A DNA stretch of 64,000 nt. Origin: the human T2T-CHM13v2.0 reference genome, Homo sapiens. Shown here piece after piece: positions 55,132 through 64,000 of this stretch. Within the stretch, counting starts at the first letter, position 1. Each line of letters opens with the position of its first letter. Under the pieces are notes generated by a model. That model worked only from the letters and a program-made list of their open reading frames with translations, did no database searches and had not been told where the DNA came from. A program made the position numbers and the translations under genes. The stretch lies in assembly GCF_009914755.1 (NCBI RefSeq), contig NC_060927.1; one strand, given 5' to 3'.

Positions 55132-55499
55132 CTGCCCTGAAACAAAGCAGTTTGAAAATCACTATCAAGGAAAATTGGAACATACAATCATTATAAAAGC
55201 CAGCCCATTTCAGGAGGCCTGGCAGGATTCTGCTGCACAATTCAGTCCTGCCTTTGGATGACTGCATTAGACTATAAGCTGTGGGGCTGGAACCACATTT
55301 TAGACTCACTAGCCTAGGCCTAGTACTGTGTTAGCACCAAAAAGACTCTGTGCTTGATAAATTCTTCAACACCATCCTGAAGAGGGGCTATTGCAAATAC
55401 AGGATGAAAGCTTTCACTGCCAACTTTATTGGCCTTCCAGGCAATGGATCTGCAAAAATTACTTCACTGTCAGTCAAACCTACCCCGTGTATCTGGTGA

Positions 55500-56123
<624 letters not shown>

Positions 56124-56292
56124 TGAGAGCAGCACTTTGTTCCAAATTGCAGTAATATCTCAGCAATGAATCATTGTCATAAAAACAGCAACATCTGTGA
56201 GGTCAGAAAAGAACAATTAGGAAAACAAATGAATCCCTTGGGAACCAGGGTTCACACTAACATCATATATTTATATAACAACTTGGAAAGGT

Positions 56293-56695
56293 AGTCATTC
56301 AACAAGTAGTTAGTGAGCACCTACTACATGTCAGGAAAGTCCCTACTCTCATAAAGCTTAAGTTCTTGTGTAGAAAACCCAGTAAGCAAGAAAAAGAGAA
56401 AAGAAAAAGAATTTCAGATAGTGGTGAATCCTAGCATGAAAATAACCCTAGGTGAAAGGCTGGAACAGGATCAGGTAGCAAGCAATGCAATGTGGACTGT
56501 GAAGTGAGGCAGCTTTCAATGGTCAGGGAAAAAACCTTTCCAAGGAGATAACATTTGACCATTTTGTCATTGATCCAAATGACAAAAAAGAAGGAAGCCA
56601 TGCAAAGACTTAGGAGAAGTGTGCTCCAGGCAGAGGGAATAGCATGATTAAAAGGCTCTAAGATGGAACAAAGCTTGATGTGTTCTAAAAACAAC
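56293..56695 (-). mobile_element. L2 3' fragment
   Basis: CATTCAACAAGTAGTTAGTGAGCACCTACTACATG...CCAGGCAGAGGGAATAGCA. Confidence 0.8.
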
Positions 56696-57089
56696 CTTCC
56701 TAACAAACTCTGGAGATAGGCAACTGTAGTTCAGAAAGGTGAGAAACAAGTTGATCAAGGTTACACAGACGCTAAAGTAGAAATGAAACTTAGCACACCT
56801 GACTCCTCTGATAGTCTCCCTGCAACACGCTAGCTGCCTTCCTAGTTAGAAACCCAGGCTCCAATGAATGAGCATGAGAAATCAGGCCAATGGGGCAAAG
56901 AGTGGCCCCTGATTACCAAGTTTCACAGGATCAGAATTTGAGTTCAAACATAAAAATCGAGGCTACCATACAATGTGGCCAGGGTCCAGCAGCCCAGATG
57001 ACCTGATTCTAAGCAAGGTACACAGGTGCCAGGGCTGGAGAGCAAGAGCCCACAAGAGGGGCCCAGAAGGCACATGGGGTGATCATCAA

Positions 57090-57232
57090 ACTCCCAAGGG
57101 AACTTACAAAATACTATTTTGAGTCCCATTCCTCAAGAATCTAAATTTATTACATATGTGATAGAACCTGGAAATTTGTATTTTAAGAAGTTCCCAGGTG
57201 ATTTTGTTTAGCCAGACTTTGGAACTACTGTG
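57090..57232. mobile_element. MER5-type MITE
   Basis: TTGTATTTTAAGAAGTTCCCAGGTGATT...TTTGGAACTACTG. Confidence 0.6.
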
Positions 57233-57523
57233 ATGGAGAAGGAGGGAAGGCCAGCTCTTCAGGAGGTTGCAGGGAGAATTCTATCTCTACAAAAGGAAGA
57301 ATCAAGGGTTAAATTGAATGCAATTGAGACTTGTACCAGACCAGATCATAGGCACAGAGAGATAAGAACATTGCATAACTAAGCGTATTCCTTTCTCCCC
57401 AACCACATCCCCAAATTCAGAATCACTGTGACGGTTGACAGAAAAGTGCAGGAGAAATCTCTTTGGCCATAATGAGAAAGAAAGATGGGGTGGAGAAGCT
57501 CGGATATACCCCCTGGGCAAAGC

Positions 57524-58070
<547 letters not shown>

Positions 58071-59899
58071 TGATGTTAGTGCCAAAAATATACTTCATCC
58101 CCAAATTCTGTACTCCTACCTTACCTCTTACCTCTTTTTATTCCAAAGCAGGAATAATGGTGACATTTAAAAAACAATATCTAAAACATCATCTTCATTT
58201 TTTTTTCCTATTCTTAGCCCCTTTGGTTAAATTTCTCACTTTTGGGTCTGTATCTTCAGAGGACCACTGCCCTACACATCTGGAAATGTTTTTCTGCTCC
58301 AAGTCATAAATCTCCAATCCCAACCCATGGCTACCTACTCAAACTCTTTATTTCAAAGGACTCCTTCATCAGAAATTGGGCAGAAAAAGATCAATGAAGT
58401 GAGTACAGCTGTTTACCCAAAATGCCACAGACTGTCCATTCTACATCTACACATTTTATTTTTAAGAATAGTTAAATGGCACCATAGAGCAAATAAATAA
58501 GTAAAACGTTAATTATAAAGACTTATTTTCTGGAAATACCTATGTATTTTGAATAAAATGGATTACACCTTCTCCCTTCATCCATGTACCCTTTCATTCA
58601 GTTCACATCTATTGTACACTACAATGGACACTGGAGACACAAAAATGACAAAAACACAGTCTGTGACCTCAAGGACCTTGCCCTCTCACACGGAAGACAG
58701 ACAATAGAAAAAATAATGGCAAATCCAGTGATTCTAATATCACACTACGTATAAAATCCACCCATGGAAAGTGGCATAAACCAAACTAGACTAGACTGTT
58801 ATGAAGATCCCAATCAGGGGCTAAGAGTTCCCTTGTATCTTATTGTCCACATGCTTTGTTGATTAGCAACAGTTTAAACATTAAGATCCCATCAAGATAA
58901 ACCAAAGGAAAGATCATTTGCAACTGCTTATGAGATTTTGAAGGCATCATCCAGTGGTAACACACTGAGATGCAAGGCTTTTTGTAAAGAATTGACAAAG
59001 GTATTAGCTCCCTGCTTCCTATCTGTGGCCCTCTGCCAATGCCTCGTCTCTGCATTTGTTTCTCCCCTCCCTTTCTATGGCTTTCCTTTTCCCCATGTTT
59101 ATTCCTATTCTCCTTCATCTAAATGTGCCATCTGTAAAAGCCTACTTTGAAAAAGATCACTGTTAAATTCTGAACCCTTATTTTCCTGTTCTTAATATAA
59201 AGTTCATAAGTTTATGGCCTCAGAAGTCTCTCTCTCTCTTTCTTAACAAAAGAACTGACTAAACTAAGTTATTTTTATTTCCATGTTGCTTTTGGCTGGT
59301 TTTCTTTTGTGCGTCAGAGGCTTCCAAAAGGTTCCCAACTCTAGATCCAAAAAGTTCAAAAAATGATTGAGTACAGAATAAAATATTGCCCTCATCCAGA
59401 GGGGAGCTGAGGGTCACGGGCATTAGGAGCAACGGGGGAAGCAATCCAGGATTCTGGAGCCCTAGGAAGCAAGACCTGCCATGACCCAGTCGGCCATAAT
59501 GTGGGCCCTTATTTAGCAGATTAGCTCTAGTATGGTCATAACAATTATTAAAATATTGAAATGCTTCCCTCTGGAAATATTGCACATAACACCCAACCCC
59601 TTCCAAATACACCTGGCCTCCCAGACTCTCCCAGGATCCCTGGCCCAATCTCCTCACAATCAGGAGTTAAGGCCTGGCCCAGCAGAGGATCTCCAGGACC
59701 CTGCCCCAGTGCTTCTACCCTTTGACATACCCATGCTCCACCTTAATTTCGTTTTCCGAAAAATAAAGGACTTGAACAGATTGTCTGAGTTGCACTATAA
59801 TTGCAATTATGTCAAAGAACAAGGACGAAATGGAAATAAAAAAACCTAAAAAAAAGTTTGTTAAGAGGATGGAATCACAGGTTATGTTTTTTTCTAGAC

Positions 59900-60300
59900 A
59901 GACAGCAGTGTCAAAACTCTGGGTGCAAGCTGCCTGGGATGGATCCCCAGCTCTACCATGTGCTAGTTGTGGGATCTCACTATGCCTCAAACTGCCTCAT
60001 CTATAAAATGGGCATAGGCCAGGCTCAGTGGCTCATGCCTGTGAATCCCAGCACGTTTGGAAGCCAAGGTAGGAGGACCACTTGAACCCAGAAGTCTGAA
60101 ACTAGCCTGGGTGACATAGCAAGACCTCATCTCTACAAAATAAAATACAATAAAACAAACATAAATAAATAAATTAAATGGCCATAATAAGATTACCTAC
60201 TTTACAGGGTTGTTCTGAGGGTTAAATGTATTCATGTTTGTAAAATGCTTAGATGAGTGCAAGGCACAAAGTAAACACCACGTAAGTGTTTATTAAATAA
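59900..60300 (+). mobile_element. MIR split by a FLAM-type Alu left monomer (60017-60175)
   Basis: CCTCATCTATAAAATGGG, then GGCCAGGCTCAGTGG..., then ACAGGGTTGTTCTGAGGGTTAAATG; TSD AAATGG[G/C]CATA. Confidence 0.85.
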
Positions 60301-61149
60301 ATAATTCATTTTATTCTGTCGCTGTAATGTTTGCTCAATAAATTTAAAAATTAAGAAAGTTTCACAACAGAAAAAAAACACTGTGACACTATGAAACACT
60401 TACGTAACATACACTTTTGCTTAATAACCCAGCACTAAAACAGCTGGGGTCCAGATTTTACACTGCACTGTGAATTTAGGGAAACTAACACACTGGAATG
60501 TGTTCCCACTGAAGCATAAGATGAGATTTGTATGATTCTCTTTGTAATCAGAAATGTCACAGGCTTATGGGAAAGTTAGGTTTACATGTTTCTCATTTTA
60601 ACCCTGCAACAACTTTTAGCCACACCCTAGCAAATACATTTTATTTTGTGGTGCTAAGACTTAAAGGATTGTAAACACAAAACCAGACCTTGCAGAGCTA
60701 CAGCTTTTCTTGTGAACACAATGACTCAGCCTAACTACAAGTTTAAAGAGACATATCTTATGTGTTGGGTCCCCTAGTATCAATCTTTAGTAAACATCTG
60801 GGATGGACAGGAAATTGCTACACACTGCTTTTAGTTACTAAAAAGGCAACACTACCTGAGCTCAAGCATAGTTTAGATAGGTACTATTTGCACTGCTATA
60901 GAGGACAACACTGACAATTGTTATTTTTCTGATAGATACTCAGGAGAGGAAATGATCAATAACAATAATTCCCTTACGTGTTCCTTCCTCTTGACAGCTA
61001 AACCCCACAATACCCTTAGACACAAGTTTAAATACATCACAAGCTTATCCTCAAACAGTAATGTATTAGGTCTTTCCTGCTGTAGATAAGATTTGTTAAA
61101 CAGTCTGGCTATGGCTTTTTACCTTTTCTCTTTTAAAAGTGCATTTCTC

Positions 61150-61430
61150 AGCTGGGTATGGTAGCTCATGCCTGTAATCCAGCACTTTGGGAAGCCGAAG
61201 TAGGAGGATTGCGGGAGCCCAGCTGTTCAAGACCAGCCCTAGCAACACAGTGAGACGCCATCTTTATAAAAATACAAACAAAACTGGCCAAGGATGGTGA
61301 TGCGCACCTCTAGTTCCAGCTACTCAGAAACTGAGATGGGAGTATCACTTGAGCCTAGGAGGTCAAGGCTGTTGTGCCACTACACTCCAACCTGGGCAAC
61401 AGAGTGAGACCCTGTCTCAAAAAAAAAAGT
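61150..61430 (+). mobile_element. AluJ
   Basis: J-type arms; TSD AAA[A/G]GTGCATTTCTC. Confidence 0.9.
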
Positions 61431-61545
61431 TTAAAAGGTGCATTTCTCTAAAGCTACGAGAAGGAACTCAAACCTTGCTTAGTGATAAAACTAAAGCCTG
61501 CAACACAACCATTATCATTAAAATGTTATTAAAACCCTGTAAGAA

Positions 61546-61715
61546 AGATGAAGAGTCTTGTGGATGGATGGTGGTGACGGTAGCACAACGATGTGAATGT
61601 ATTTAATGCCACTACATGTACACTTAAAAATGGCTACAATGGTAAATTTTATGTTGTACATATTTTACCACAACAAAAGTGAAATTATAAGAGAAAAAAA
61701 ATTTTTTAAAAAAAC
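61546..61715 (+). mobile_element. Short L1MB 3' end
   Basis: GATGGTGGTGACGG...GTGAATGTATTTAATGCCAC...TATTTTACCACAA, flanked by CCTGTAAGA repeats. Confidence 0.8.
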
Positions 61716-61726
61716 ATCCTGTAAGA

Positions 61727-62375
61727 GAACATTTATACACTGTCGGTTGGAACGTAAATTAGTTCAGTCACTGTGGAAAGCAGTTGCAGATTTCTCAAAG
61801 AACTCAAAACGGAACTACCATTCAACCCAGCAGCCCCATTACTGGGTATATATCCAAAAGAAAATAAGTTGTTCTACCAAAAACACACACAAATTCATAT
61901 GTTCACCACAGCACTATTCACAATAGCAAAGACATGGAGTCAGCCTAGATGCCCATCAACTATGGACCGGATAAGAGAAAATGTGGTCCATATGCATCAT
62001 AGAATACCATGCAGCCATAAAAAGTAACACAATCGTGTCCTTTGTAGAAACATGGATGCGGATGGAGGTCATTATCCTAAGCAAATTAATGCAGGAACAG
62101 AAAATCAAACATTGCATGTTTTCACTAATAAGTGGAAGGTAAACATTGGGTACTTATGGATATAGAGACGGCAACAATAGACACTGGGAACTACTAGACG
62201 TGGGAGGGAGGAAGGAGAGCAAAAGTTAAAAAATTATCAGGTACTATGCTCACCACCTGGGTGACGGGACCAGTTGTACCCCCAACCTCAGCTGCATGCT
62301 GTATGTCCATGTAACAAACCTGCACATGTACCCCCTGTATCTAAAATAAAATTTCAAATTATTAAAAAAAAAAAA
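61727..62375 (+). mobile_element. L1PB/old L1PA 3' end
   Basis: GAACTACCATTCAACCCAGCAGCCCCATTACTGGGTATATA...GTAACAAACCTGCACATGTACCCCCTG followed by an A tail. Confidence 0.9.
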
Positions 62376-62378
62376 TAG

Positions 62379-62691
<313 letters not shown>

Positions 62692-62913
62692 CTACTTTTC
62701 CTTTGTAACAAAAATAAAAGTTACCTATAAGAGTTAAAGGTAAATAAAATTTGTAATTTTATTTTTAATTAAGAAACACTAAGTAAACATACAACTTCCA
62801 AGAAGCCGGGTTCCCCACTACCTGGTTATAAGTAAGTCTACAAACCTAAATGAGCATTGTACAGCGCTTACTATAGTTCATAATTATTCTGTCATCAGGG
62901 ACAAACATTGTAA

Positions 62914-63301
<388 letters not shown>

Positions 63302-63679
63302 TGAGAAGCCAGACTGAGCGCTTATACAATTAGTCCAAAGATCCCCAAACAACATTTAAAGGCTGTCTACAAATTCAAGCTAAAAGACTGTGTACAAATT
63401 CATTTGTGTGTCACAAAACATTTAATACTGAAAGAGATTCTTATTCAAATAGGCAGTGTGTAAATGTGGGGTCTGTTAACAGTTCAAATTGCAGATTCCT
63501 TTCCTTCTTTAAGTTTTCATTGCACCACCACGAACTAAACCATTTAACATACCTCAGAGGTCTCTGGGTACCTAGTCTCTCAGAGGCCTTTGGAGGCCCA
63601 CGAAGGCTTATCTTAACTAAAATTGGCAGGGCTGGCTGATAAAGTTAACGGAACTCCCCATTTTGGAGGCAGACTTAGT

Positions 63680-64000
63680 AATGGTCAAACGAAGAAACTG
63701 TTGTGGTCTGTTCTTAAAAAGCTACTAGTATTTAGTGCTTCACAGAGGAAGTAAAGAAAGCAATAATCCGAGATGAGGAGGAGCAAATACAGGCGTGGCG
63801 GTAGTTCAGGACTGAGTCTACAAGGGCGGTTCTCAAGGGCGTCACAAAATCCTATGGAAGGCTTGGAGGACGGCACTCCTGGATCTGAGCCCTACGTCCC
63901 AAACACCTTCAATCGTATTGTGAGGAAGAAGACCTTTTACACACTCCCTGCTGCTGGCCCCCGGCCCCCTCGCCCCACCTCCGAGTGGTCACATCACACG
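63680..64000. promoter_or_regulatory. Probable edge (shore) of a CpG island or promoter beyond the window
   Basis: About 13 CpGs in ~320 bp of non-repeat DNA, GC rising towards CCCCCGGCCCCCTCGCCCCACC; the rest of the unique sequence is CpG-depleted. Confidence 0.5.

Noticed and set aside
63547-63556. Minus-strand donor-like GAG|GTATGT near the putative promoter
   Set aside because: An isolated motif with no acceptor or start site visible; such matches are common by chance.

Overview
This is primate (human-like) non-coding genomic DNA, roughly half of it interspersed repeats. It holds an LTR12/ERV9 LTR at the left edge, about 21 Alu elements (J, S, Y and monomers), old L1M/L1PB fragments, many L2 and MIR relics, MaLR/ERVL LTRs and hAT/Tigger DNA-transposon relics. 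I found no credible protein-coding gene, RNA gene or CRISPR array; the long ORFs come from repeats. L1 and LTR copies lie mostly on the + strand and CpG density rises at the right edge, which suggests a long 5' intron of a minus-strand transcript whose promoter lies just past base 64000 (inference; gene not identified). The most unusual observations are three short local sequence copies 0.7-1.6 kb from their partners (one a 161-bp insert with microhomology inside an AluJ), a 34-bp minisatellite grown out of an L2 with higher-order structure, a perfect CRE palindrome at a tandem-duplication junction, motif-dense repeat-free enhancer candidates and one candidate 95-nt minus-strand exon. I see no evidence for a new multi-gene system. 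Repeat subfamily calls are from recalled consensus sequences, by eye, and boundaries of old elements are approximate.
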